A stretch of 34,814 nt of DNA from a virus: the UHGV virus genome UHGV-0076394. One strand, written 5' to 3'. The notes beneath the pieces are model-generated. The model saw nothing but the letters and a program-made list of their open reading frames with translations, was not told the origin of the DNA and made no database searches. Below are positions 26,845 to 34,814 of this stretch, in pieces. A program made the position numbers and the translations under genes. How positions within the stretch are numbered: the first letter of the stretch is position 1; the number at the start of each line of letters is the position of its first letter.

Positions 26845-27136
26845 TTGGTGATGGTCTGCCGTCGTACATCTGGCAGCGGACATAAAAACCGGTATTAGTG
26901 ACCCGGTCATCCACGATCATTGAAACGTGAACATTATTAGATGTGCCCACATAATCCGTTCCTATTCTTTCCGCTATGCTGATAAAACGTGAAAGCTTAG
27001 GTAGCGCAATTGGGTAAACGACTTTAGCCAGTCCATTATCATTAGATCCACCGGTTCCAAATACTTCTATTGCACCATCTGACCAGCGTACCCATGCACC
27101 ATTGGCATTAGCTCCTCGCTGAATGACATATCTGGC
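26807..27136 (-). CDS. Alternative tail-fibre C-terminal segment (Hv'), silent in the present orientation
   Basis: Minus-strand ORF 26807..27190; its codons 11-18 (FLNVGLGE) are encoded by the inversion site; after inversion H codons 1-354 would join in frame to ARYVIQRGANANGAWVRW...; a separate translation start is unlikely. Confidence 0.55.
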   Translation of the reverse strand, partial: ARYVIQRGANANGAWVRWSDGAIEVFGTGGSNDNGLAKVVYPIALPKLSRFISIAERIGTDYVGTSNNVHVSMIVDDRVTNTGFYVRCQMYDGRPSPNAFSWRVYCAPV

Positions 27137-27162
27137 TTCTCCCAAACCAACGTTTAAGAAAA
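27137..27162. other. Right inversion crossover site (gix/hix-like) TTCTCCCAAACC-AA-CGTTTAAGAAAA
   Basis: Close to the hix/gix consensus (TTCTTGAAAACC-AA-GGTTTTTGATAA); 50 bp upstream of the invertase gene, as in Mu gin and P1 cin. Confidence 0.6.
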
Positions 27163-27217
27163 TGCAGAGATTACGGCTAACTGGCATCATCCCAGATTTT
27201 TATTCAGGGGATTGATC

Positions 27218-27775
27218 ATGCTTATTGGCTATGTACGCGTGTCAACAAATGACCAGAACACCGATTTGCAACGTAATGCACTGAACTGCGCGGGATGTGA
27301 GCGAATTTTTGAGGATAAAATCAGTGGCACTAAGTCCGACAGACCGGGGCTAAAAAAACTGCTCAGGACACTATCGGCAGGAGACACGCTGGTCGTCTGG
27401 AAGCTGGACAGGTTGGGGCGCAGTATGCGGCATCTTGTTACGCTGATAGAAGAGTTGCGCCAGCGTGGCGTGAATTTCCGAAGCCTGACTGACAGTATTG
27501 ATACCAGTACCCCAATGGGCCGTTTCTTTTTTCATGTCATGGGTGCCCTGGCTGAAATGGAACGCGAACTGATAGTTGAACGCACTATGGCAGGGCTGGC
27601 TGCAGCTCGTGCCAAAGGCAGAGTAGGTGGACGCCGTCCTAAGTTGACCACCGAACAGTGGGCACAGATTGGACGTTTACTCGAGGCCGGAGAATCAAGA
27701 CAGCGTATTGCACTGATTTTTGACGTGGGCGTTTCTACCATTTATAGAAAATTTCCGGCGAATAAGAGCAATTAA
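27218..27775 (+). CDS. Serine DNA invertase (Gin/Hin/Cin/Pin family)
   Basis: N-terminus MLIGYVRVSTNDQNTDLQRNAL with the catalytic Ser in the YVRVS motif; C-terminal HTH; about 186 aa. Confidence 0.9.
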   Translation: MLIGYVRVSTNDQNTDLQRNALNCAGCERIFEDKISGTKSDRPGLKKLLRTLSAGDTLVVWKLDRLGRSMRHLVTLIEELRQRGVNFRSLTDSIDTSTPMGRFFFHVMGALAEMERELIVERTMAGLAAARAKGRVGGRRPKLTTEQWAQIGRLLEAGESRQRIALIFDVGVSTIYRKFPANKSN

Positions 27776-27832
27776 TCGCCCTGAATCAGCATTCTTTTGA
27801 TTTTTCCTGTAAGCGGACAAATACCGTCATTT

Positions 27833-27850
27833 TGTGTGAATAACGGCACA
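27833..27850. promoter_or_regulatory. TGT-N12-ACA late-promoter activator element upstream of FI (pF-like)
   Basis: TGTgtgaataacggcACA centred about 85 nt upstream of the FI start codon. Confidence 0.45.
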
Positions 27851-27926
27851 ACTGCGATTAGCTGTTTGTCAGGCACAATCACTTCAACATAGGGCGAAGC
27901 CTAATCCAATCAGGAGGTTCGCCACT

Positions 27927-29099
27927 ATGGCTCAGGATTACCACCACGGGGTGCGCGTTGTTGAAGTCAACGAAGGCACCCGATCCATTACCACGGTGAG
28001 CACCGCCATCGTGGGTATGGTCTGCACGGGCGATGATGCCGATGCAAAAATGTTCCCTCTTAATAAACCCGTGCTGATCACTGATGTGCTGACTGCCAGC
28101 GGTAAAGCGGGTGAGTCCGGTACTCTGGCCCGTTCGCTGGATGCCATCGCTGACCAGGCAAAACCCGTGACCGTTGTTGTGCGTGTGCCGCAGGGTGAAA
28201 CGGAAGACGAAACCACGACCAATATCATCGGCGCAGTGACCGCTGAAGGTAAAAAAACTGGCATGAAAGCCCTGTTATCTGCCCAGTCACAGCTCGGCGT
28301 TAAACCACGCATTCTGGGTGTACCTGGTCACGACACCAAGGCGGTAGCTACTGAGTTGCTGAGCGTGGCGCAAAGCCTGCGTGGGTTTGCTTACCTGTCA
28401 GCGTATGGCTGCAAGACGATACAGGAGGCGATCACTTACCGTGAAAACTTCAGCCAGCGCGAAGGGATGCTGATCTGGCCTGACTTTACGGGCTGGGACA
28501 CGGTGCTGAATGCCGAAGCAACGGCATATGCCACCGCTCGTGCGCTCGGTCTGCGCGCCAAAATTGATGAGCAGACCGGATGGCACAAAAGCCTGTCCAA
28601 CGTGGGCGTGAACGGTGTCACCGGAATTTCTGCTGATGTGTTCTGGGATCTGCAGGACCCGGCAACCGATGCAGGTCTGCTTAACCAGAACGACGTTACC
28701 ACGCTTATCCGCAAAGACGGTTTCCGCTTCTGGGGTTCCCGCTGTCTGAGCGATGATCCGCTCTTTGCCTTCGAAAACTACACCCGAACCGCGCAGGTAC
28801 TGATGGACACGATGGCAGAAGCGCACATGTGGGCAGTGGACAAACCGCTGAATCCGTCGCTGGCTCGCGACATTATCGAAGGTATCCGCGCCAAAATGCG
28901 CAGCCTGGTCAGTCAGGGGTATCTCATTGGTGGTGATTGCTGGCTGGACGAGTCGGTGAACGACAAAGACACTCTGAAAGCCGGGAAACTCACGATCGAC
29001 TACGACTACACGCCAGTGCCGCCACTTGAAAACCTGATGCTGCGTCAGCGCATCACCGATCAGTACCTGGTGAATTTCGCCAGCCAGGTCAGCGCGTAA
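27927..29099 (+). CDS. FI: Contractile tail sheath protein (P2 gpFI family)
   Basis: 390 aa; [31 protein letters not shown]... and C-terminal [23 protein letters not shown] match recalled gpFI. Confidence 0.9.
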   Translation: MAQDYHHGVRVVEVNEGTRSITTVSTAIVGMVCTGDDADAKMFPLNKPVLITDVLTASGKAGESGTLARSLDAIADQAKPVTVVVRVPQGETEDETTTNIIGAVTAEGKKTGMKALLSAQSQLGVKPRILGVPGHDTKAVATELLSVAQSLRGFAYLSAYGCKTIQEAITYRENFSQREGMLIWPDFTGWDTVLNAEATAYATARALGLRAKIDEQTGWHKSLSNVGVNGVTGISADVFWDLQDPATDAGLLNQNDVTTLIRKDGFRFWGSRCLSDDPLFAFENYTRTAQVLMDTMAEAHMWAVDKPLNPSLARDIIEGIRAKMRSLVSQGYLIGGDCWLDESVNDKDTLKAGKLTIDYDYTPVPPLENLMLRQRITDQYLVNFASQVSA

Positions 29100-29108
29100 G
29101 GGGACAAC

Positions 29109-29624
29109 ATGGCTTTACCACGCAAATTAAAACACCTGAACCTGTTTAACGACGGGAACAACTGGCAGGGGATCGTTGAGTCGCTGACGCTGCCGAAATT
29201 CACCCGCAAATATGAGAAGTATCGCGGCGGCGGAATGCCGGGGGCAGTGGATGTGGATCTGGGGCTTGATGACAGTGCGCTGGACACAGAATTTTCCATT
29301 GGTGGTACTGAACTGCTGCTGTTTAAGCAGATGGGCAAAGCCACGGTGGATGGCATCCAGTTGCGCTTTACCGGCTCTATCCAGCGTGACGATACCGGGG
29401 AAGTGCAGGCCGTGGAGCTTGTGGTGCGTGGACGTCACAAAGAAGTGGATTCCGGTGAGTGGAAGACGGGCGAAAGCAACACCACCAAAGTGACCAGTAC
29501 CAACAGCTACGCGAAGCTGACCATCAATGGTGAGGTGCTCTATGAAGTGGACCTTATCAACATGGTGGAAATTGTGGATGGTGTGGACCTGATGGAAGCG
29601 CACCGCAACGCCCTCGGCCTCTGA
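29109..29624 (+). CDS. FII: Tail tube protein (P2 gpFII family)
   Basis: 171 aa immediately after FI; conserved order and size. Confidence 0.85.
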   Translation: MALPRKLKHLNLFNDGNNWQGIVESLTLPKFTRKYEKYRGGGMPGAVDVDLGLDDSALDTEFSIGGTELLLFKQMGKATVDGIQLRFTGSIQRDDTGEVQAVELVVRGRHKEVDSGEWKTGESNTTKVTSTNSYAKLTINGEVLYEVDLINMVEIVDGVDLMEAHRNALGL

Positions 29625-29678
29625 TCTATCTGAACGGCGCGGGATACCGCGCCAGAACCCAATTTACAGGACAACAAA

Positions 29679-29981
29679 ATGAGCGATAAGCAGACTGAAA
29701 AGACCATTCAACTGGATACCCCCATCATGCGCGGTAAAACAGAAATTACCGAAATTGTGCTGCGTAAACCGCAGTCCGGTGCGCTGCGCGGTACACGCCT
29801 GCAGGCCATTATGGATATGGATGTTAACGCGATGATGACCGTGATCCCCCGCATTTCCAGTCCGGCACTGACTGCACAGGAAATTGCAGAGATGGACCCG
29901 GCAGATCTCACTGCCATGTCGGTTGAGGTTGTCACTTTTTTGTTGAAGAAGTCGGTGCTTGCCGGTTTACCGACAGCCTGA
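29679..29981 (+). CDS. E: Tail assembly chaperone E (P2 gpE family)
   Basis: 100 aa; precedes the tape measure gene; contains a T6G slippery site near its 3' end. Confidence 0.8.
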   Translation: MSDKQTEKTIQLDTPIMRGKTEITEIVLRKPQSGALRGTRLQAIMDMDVNAMMTVIPRISSPALTAQEIAEMDPADLTAMSVEVVTFLLKKSVLAGLPTA

Positions 29982-30115
29982 CGGTTGACGATCTGGTGGC
30001 TGATATCGCCACCATCTTTCACTGGCCGCCATCCGTTACTGACGTTATGCCGCTGACCGAAGTGCTGGAATGGCGGTATAAAGCGATTCAGAGAAGCGGG
30101 GCCAACGATGAGTGA
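29679..30115 (+). CDS. E': E+E' frameshift-extended tail assembly chaperone (programmed -1 frameshift at T TTT TTG)
   Basis: Slippery heptamer TTTTTTG at 29936-29942 in frame T|TTT|TTG; the -1 frame is open from there to a TGA at 30113-30115 and encodes ...VEEVGACRFTDSLTVDDLVADIATIFHWPPSVTD..., ending just after the T start codon. Confidence 0.7.
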
Positions 30116-33100
30116 TAATAACCTGCGCCTGCAGGTCATTCTTAATGCGGTTGACAAACTCACCCGCCCATTCCGTGCTGCACAGGCCAGTTCGAAAGAG
30201 CTGGCTGGCGCAATCAGAAACTCCCGTGACGCATTAAAGCAACTCAATCAGGCGGGTAACAGCCTGGAAAAATTTCGCAAGCTGCAGGCCGATAACAAAA
30301 AGTTAGGCGACAGGCTGAACTATGCCAGACAGAAGGCAAATTTGCTTAGTTCTGAGCTGGAAGCGATGGAACAACCATCACAACGGCACCTTGTGGCTTT
30401 AGGTCGGCAAACGCTGGCAGTCCAACGCCTGGAAGAACAACAAAAATATTTGCAGAAGCAAACGGCGCTTGTGCGTGCAGAACTGTACCGGACGGGAATT
30501 TCTGCGAAAGATGATGCGGGAGCAACTGCCCGTTTAGCCCGTGAAACATCACGTTATAACCAGGAATTGTCGAAACAGGAGGCGCGGCTGAAGCGACTGG
30601 GGGAAGCTCAGCGCAGGATGAATGCAGCGCGTGCCAGTTATGCCCGTTCGCTGGAGGTGCGCGATCGCATCGCAGGAGCCGGAGCCACTACTACGGCTGC
30701 AGGGCTGGCAATGGGTGCGCCAGTGATGGCAGCAGTAAAAAGCTATACCAGCATGGAAGATGTCATGAAAGGTGTGGCAAAGCAGGTCAATGGTCTGCGT
30801 GACGATAATGGCAACCGCACTGCACGTTTTTATGAAATGCAGGATGCCATCAAGGCTGCCAGCGAACAGTTGCCGATGGAAAACGGTGCGGTGGACTTCG
30901 CTGCACTGGTTGAAGGTGGTGCGCGTATGAATGTCGCAAACCCTGACGACAGCTGGGAAGACCAGAAACGTGACCTGCTGGCCTTCGCCAGTACGGCGGC
31001 GAAGGCGGCAACAGCCTTTGAGCTGCCAGCGGATGAACTGTCAGAAAGTCTGGGAAAAATCGCCCAGCTCTACAAAATACCTACCCGCAATATTGAACAG
31101 CTCGGTGATGCGCTGAACTATCTGGATGATAACGCCATGTCGAAAGGGGCAGACATCATCGATGTTATGCAACGTCTGGGCGGTGTGGCTGACCGTCTGG
31201 ATTATCGTAAAGCGGCGGCGCTGGGTTCCACCTTCCTGACTCTGGGTGCTGCGCCGGAGGTCGCAGCCAGTGCAGCAAACGCGATGGTGCGTGAATTGTC
31301 CATTGCCACCATGCAAAGCAAGAGTTTCTTTGAAGGGATGAATCTGCTGAAACTCAATCCTGAAGTGATTGAAAAGCAGATGACGAAGGATGCGATGGGA
31401 ACCATCCAGCGCGTGCTGGAGAAGGTGAACGCGCTGCCGCAGGACAAGCGCCTGTCTGCCATGACTATGTTGTTTGGTAAAGAGTTTGGCGATGACGCGG
31501 CGAAACTGGCAAACAACCTGCCGGAACTGCAGCGTCAGTTAAAACTGACAGCGGGCAATGATGCGCTCGGCTCCATGCAGAAAGAATCCGACATTAACAA
31601 GGATTCACTTTCTGCGCAGTGGTTGCTGGTCAAAACCGGAGCGCAGAACACCTTCAGCAGCCTGGGCGAAACGCTGCGCCAGCCGCTGATGGATATTCTG
31701 TACACGGTGAAAAGCGTCACGGGGGCGTTGCGTCGCTGGGTGGAAGCTAACCCGGAACTGACAGGCACACTGATGAAAGCATCGGCTGTTGTGGCTGCGG
31801 TGACCGTCGGCCTCGGCACCTTAGCGGTGGCGCTGGCTGCAGTGCTGGGGCCGCTGGCAGTGATCCGTCTGGGATTCTCTGTGCTGGGTATCAAAACGTT
31901 ACCTTCCGTTACGGCAGCAGTAACTCGAACCAGCAGCGCGTTGTCCTGGCTGGCTGGCGCACCACTGGTACTGCTGCGACGCGGGCTTGCTTCATCGGGC
32001 AACGCTGCGGGTTTACTTACTGCAGCGTTGTCATCTTTGCGCCGCACGGCATCACTGACGGGAAATGTCCTGAAAACTGTAGCAGGTGCGCCGGTTGCAC
32101 TTTTGCGGTCTGGATTATCCGGTTTACGTGCTGTTGCTGTGATGTTTATGAATCCTCTGGCGGTACTGCGCGGTGGACTGGTCGCCGCAGGCACGGTGCT
32201 GCGAGTACTGGCATCTGGTCCACTGGCGATGCTGCGCGTTGCCCTGTATGCCGTATCTGGTCTGTTAGGTGCTCTGCTCAGTCCGATAGGTCTTGTGGTT
32301 ACTGCACTGGCGGGCGTGGCGCTGGTTGTCTGGAAATACTGGCAACCCATCACCGCATTTCTTGGTGGCGTGGTGGAAGGATTCAAAGCGGCGGCAGGTC
32401 CCGTCAGTGCAGCATTCGAACCGCTTAAGCCCGTGTTCCAGTGGATTGGCGACAAAGTACAGGCGCTGTGGGGCTGGTTTACTGATCTGCTGACGCCCGT
32501 TAAGTCGACCTCTGCCGAACTGCAGAGTGCAGCGGCAATGGGGCGGCGATTCGGGGAGGCACTGGCGGAAGGGCTGAATATGGTCATGCATCCGCTGGAC
32601 TCCCTGAAATCCGGCGTTTCCTGGTTGCTGGAGAAGCTCGGCATTGTCAGTAAAGAGGCCGCAAAAGCAAAACTGCCGGAAAGCGTGACGCGTCAGCAAC
32701 CTGCGACGGTGAATGCAGACGGTAAAGTGATGATGCCATCGGGTGGTTTTCCATCATGGGGATATGGCTTTGCGGGGATGTATGACAGCGGCGGGTATAT
32801 CCCGCGCGGGCAGTTTGGCATCGTCGGTGAAAACGGGCCGGAAATTGTTAACGGCCCGGCAAATGTGACCAGCCGGAGAAATACAGCTGCACTGGCTGCC
32901 GTTGTTGCCGGAATGATGGGCGTTGCTGCCGCGCCAGCAGAGCTTCCACCGTTGCACCCTTTGGCACTTCCCGCGAAAGGTGGAGAAGCAATTGTGAGTC
33001 GCGCAGCCACTGTGCCGCCCGTTCAACGGATTGAGGCACCGACGCAGATCATCATTCAGACGCAGCCAGGACAAAGTGCGCAGGATATTGCGCGGGAGGT

Positions 33101-33185
33101 GGCACGCCAGCTTGATGAACGTGAACGCAGGCTGAAGGCAAAAGCCAGGAGTAACTACAGCGATCAGGGGGGATACGACGCATGA
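30108..33185 (+). CDS. T: Tail tape measure protein (P2 gpT family)
   Basis: 1025 aa; coiled-coil N-terminal third, Ala/Gly/Leu-rich hydrophobic repeats in the middle; position between E/E' and U. Confidence 0.9.
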   Translation: MSDNNLRLQVILNAVDKLTRPFRAAQASSKELAGAIRNSRDALKQLNQAGNSLEKFRKLQADNKKLGDRLNYARQKANLLSSELEAMEQPSQRHLVALGRQTLAVQRLEEQQKYLQKQTALVRAELYRTGISAKDDAGATARLARETSRYNQELSKQEARLKRLGEAQRRMNAARASYARSLEVRDRIAGAGATTTAAGLAMGAPVMAAVKSYTSMEDVMKGVAKQVNGLRDDNGNRTARFYEMQDAIKAASEQLPMENGAVDFAALVEGGARMNVANPDDSWEDQKRDLLAFASTAAKAATAFELPADELSESLGKIAQLYKIPTRNIEQLGDALNYLDDNAMSKGADIIDVMQRLGGVADRLDYRKAAALGSTFLTLGAAPEVAASAANAMVRELSIATMQSKSFFEGMNLLKLNPEVIEKQMTKDAMGTIQRVLEKVNALPQDKRLSAMTMLFGKEFGDDAAKLANNLPELQRQLKLTAGNDALGSMQKESDINKDSLSAQWLLVKTGAQNTFSSLGETLRQPLMDILYTVKSVTGALRRWVEANPELTGTLMKASAVVAAVTVGLGTLAVALAAVLGPLAVIRLGFSVLGIKTLPSVTAAVTRTSSALSWLAGAPLVLLRRGLASSGNAAGLLTAALSSLRRTASLTGNVLKTVAGAPVALLRSGLSGLRAVAVMFMNPLAVLRGGLVAAGTVLRVLASGPLAMLRVALYAVSGLLGALLSPIGLVVTALAGVALVVWKYWQPITAFLGGVVEGFKAAAGPVSAAFEPLKPVFQWIGDKVQALWGWFTDLLTPVKSTSAELQSAAAMGRRFGEALAEGLNMVMHPLDSLKSGVSWLLEKLGIVSKEAAKAKLPESVTRQQPATVNADGKVMMPSGGFPSWGYGFAGMYDSGGYIPRGQFGIVGENGPEIVNGPANVTSRRNTAALAAVVAGMMGVAAAPAELPPLHPLALPAKGGEAIVSRAATVPPVQRIEAPTQIIIQTQPGQSAQDIAREVARQLDERERRLKAKARSNYSDQGGYDA

Positions 33186-33667
33186 TGATGGTGCTGGGAT
33201 TGTACGTGTTTATGCTGCGCACCGTTCCGTATCAGGAACTGCAGTATCAACGCAGCTGGCGACATGCGGCAAACAGTCGGGTAAACCGACGTCCGTCCAC
33301 GCAGTTTCTGGGACCGGAAAACGACATGCTGACGCTTTCCGGTGTTCTTATGCCGGAGATAACAGGCGGCAGGCTGTCGTTGCTGGCACTGGAGCAGATG
33401 GCAGAACAGGGGAAAGCATGGCCCCTGATTGAAGGCAGCGGCACGATTTACGGCATGTATGTGATTGAGGGACTGAATCAGACTAAAACGGAGTTTTTCC
33501 GCGACGGTATGCCGCGCCGGATTGAGTTCACCCTGTCGCTCAAACGAGTGGATGAATCCCTGTCCGATATGTTCGGTGATCTCAGTGCGCAACTGAATAA
33601 TCTGCAGGACACGGCAACGTCTGCCTTAAGCGATATCAGTAAAACGGTGGGAGGGCTGCTGTCGTGA
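33182..33667 (+). CDS. U: Tail protein U (P2 gpU family)
   Basis: 161 aa; MMMVLGLYVFMLRTVPYQELQYQRSWRH...NSRVNRRP... very close to recalled gpU; ATGA overlap with T. Confidence 0.9.
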   Translation: MMMVLGLYVFMLRTVPYQELQYQRSWRHAANSRVNRRPSTQFLGPENDMLTLSGVLMPEITGGRLSLLALEQMAEQGKAWPLIEGSGTIYGMYVIEGLNQTKTEFFRDGMPRRIEFTLSLKRVDESLSDMFGDLSAQLNNLQDTATSALSDISKTVGGLLS

Positions 33668-34764
33668 ATTTCAGCTCTGAACTGCTTAACAAAGGCAACA
33701 AAACTCCCGCATTCAGCATCAGTATTGAGGGCAGGGATATCACCACTGTGCTGGATAACCGCCTGATGAGTTTGACGCTGACGGATAACCGGGGCTTTGA
33801 AGCGGACCAGCTTGATCTGGAGCTGGACGACGCTGACGGAAAAATCGTGCTGCCGCGCCGTGGTGCGGTCATTACGCTGGCGCTGGGCTGGAAGGGGCAG
33901 CCGCTTTTCCCTAAAGGGGCATTCACAGTGGACGAGATTGAACACACTGGCGCACCGGACCGCCTGACTATCCGGGCGCGAAGTGCTGATTTTCGGGAAA
34001 CGCTGAATACCCGCCGTGAAAAATCGTGGCATAAGACCACCGTCGGGGAAGTGGTGAAGGAAATAGCCGCGCGGCACAAGCTGAAGATGGCACTGGGTAA
34101 AGACCTGTCAGATAAACCCGTGGAGCATATAGACCAGACTAATGAGAGTGACGGCAGTTTTCTGATGCGGCTGGCGCGACAGTACGGTGCCATCGCGTCG
34201 GTGAAAAATGGCAATCTGTTATTCATCCGGCAGGGGCAGGGCAAAAGCGCCACTGGTAAACCTCTGCCAGTGATCACTATCACACGCAAGGACGGCGACA
34301 GTCACCGATTTACCCTGGCAGATCGCGGAGCCTACACGGGCGTAATTGCCAGCTGGTTGCATACCCGCGAACCTGCGAAGAAAGAAAGCACCACGGTGAA
34401 GCGTAAGCGCAGAACTAAGAAGCAGAAGAAAGAGCCAGAAGCGAAGCAGGGCGATTACCTGGTGGGTACGGATGAAAACGTGCTGGTACTTAATCGCACT
34501 TATGCCAACCGGAGCAACGCCGAACGAGCGGCGAAAATGCAGTGGGAACGCCTGCAACGCGGCGTTGCGTCATTTTCGCTACAACTGGCAGAAGGGCGGG
34601 CAGATCTCTACACGGAAATGCCAGTGAAAGTCAGTGGCTTTAAACAGCCGATAGATGATGCGGAATGGACCATTACGACTCTGACGCATACCGTCAGTCC
34701 GGATAACGGTTTTACGACCAGTCTGGAGCTTGAAGTGAGGATTGATGATTTCGAAATGGAATGA
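33664..34764 (+). CDS. D: Tail protein D (P2 gpD family, late tail/baseplate hub-related)
   Basis: 366 aa; probable GTG start overlapping the U stop; conserved last tail gene. Confidence 0.85.
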   Translation: MNFSSELLNKGNKTPAFSISIEGRDITTVLDNRLMSLTLTDNRGFEADQLDLELDDADGKIVLPRRGAVITLALGWKGQPLFPKGAFTVDEIEHTGAPDRLTIRARSADFRETLNTRREKSWHKTTVGEVVKEIAARHKLKMALGKDLSDKPVEHIDQTNESDGSFLMRLARQYGAIASVKNGNLLFIRQGQGKSATGKPLPVITITRKDGDSHRFTLADRGAYTGVIASWLHTREPAKKESTTVKRKRRTKKQKKEPEAKQGDYLVGTDENVLVLNRTYANRSNAERAAKMQWERLQRGVASFSLQLAEGRADLYTEMPVKVSGFKQPIDDAEWTITTLTHTVSPDNGFTTSLELEVRIDDFEME

Positions 34765-34814
34765 TTCTTCGCAATAGAGAACTTTTAAGTTTGCAAAATG
34801 GAATAATGCGATAT

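Larger units (their letters stand above)
25451..27162. mobile_element. Invertible tail-fibre segment (G-segment-like), bounded by inverted gix/hix-like sites
   Basis: Inverted 26-bp sites at both ends, adjacent serine invertase gene, two convergent sets of fibre C-terminus plus assembly gene; inversion gives an in-frame alternative H. Confidence 0.65.
600..34814. mobile_element. P2/186-family prophage (left end in window, right end beyond window)
   Basis: Integrase at the left end followed by a complete colinear set of P2-like early, head, lysis and tail genes (Q P O N M L X ... FI FII E T U D); left boundary estimated, not mapped. Confidence 0.9.

Noticed and set aside
31535-32644. 369-aa antisense ORF (minus strand) inside the tape measure gene, plus nearby antisense ORFs at 32265-32699 and 32693-33074
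   Set aside because: Low-complexity Ser/Ala/Pro/Arg-rich translations typical of open antisense frames in GC-rich, Ala/Leu-rich coding DNA; no ribosome-binding sites; the sense frame is a clear tape measure protein
1-34814. CRISPR array or other regularly spaced repeat array
   Set aside because: No series of regularly spaced direct repeats was seen; the only repeats are the tail-fibre tandem module, the inversion sites and short operator-like dyads
34765-34814. Start of the late activator gene (ogr/B-like) after D
   Set aside because: Only 50 nt remain after D and they do not encode the expected MFHCP... zinc-finger N-terminus; the gene, if present, lies beyond the window

Overview
Almost the entire window is one integrated P2/186-family temperate myovirus prophage in an enterobacterial chromosome. 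Only the first ~590 nt are host DNA (a TetR-family regulator gene); the prophage starts near 600-690 and runs past the right edge of the window (the region beyond gene D, including the late activator and attR, is not present). Gene order is int - small secreted protein - cI (186-type) | apl/cox - cII - small early ORFs - TraR-like zinc finger - Dam methylase - replication gene A - LexA-controlled small ORF + DinI-like - two AT-rich cargo cassettes - Q P | O N M L X - lysis genes - R S - AT-rich cargo gene - V W J I H G - invertible fibre segment + invertase - FI FII E/E' T U D. All calls are by eye from the ORF translations and motifs; no database search was run. The most interesting parts are three AT-rich accessory islands inside a GC-rich backbone: (1) a DUF2971-like gene at 9124-10242, (2) a DUF262/DUF1524 GmrSD-like nuclease gene at 10473-12212, separated from (1) by a backbone segment with a terminator and a cos-like motif, and (3) a 289-aa gene with an R-x4-H (HEPN-like) motif inserted between S and V. 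Other notable points are an SOS (LexA box) module, a Gin/Hin-type invertible tail-fibre switch whose inversion gives an exact in-frame fusion, a P1 Lyz-type SAR endolysin, and a T6G frameshift site for E/E'. Positions of short motifs were read by hand and may be off by a base or two.
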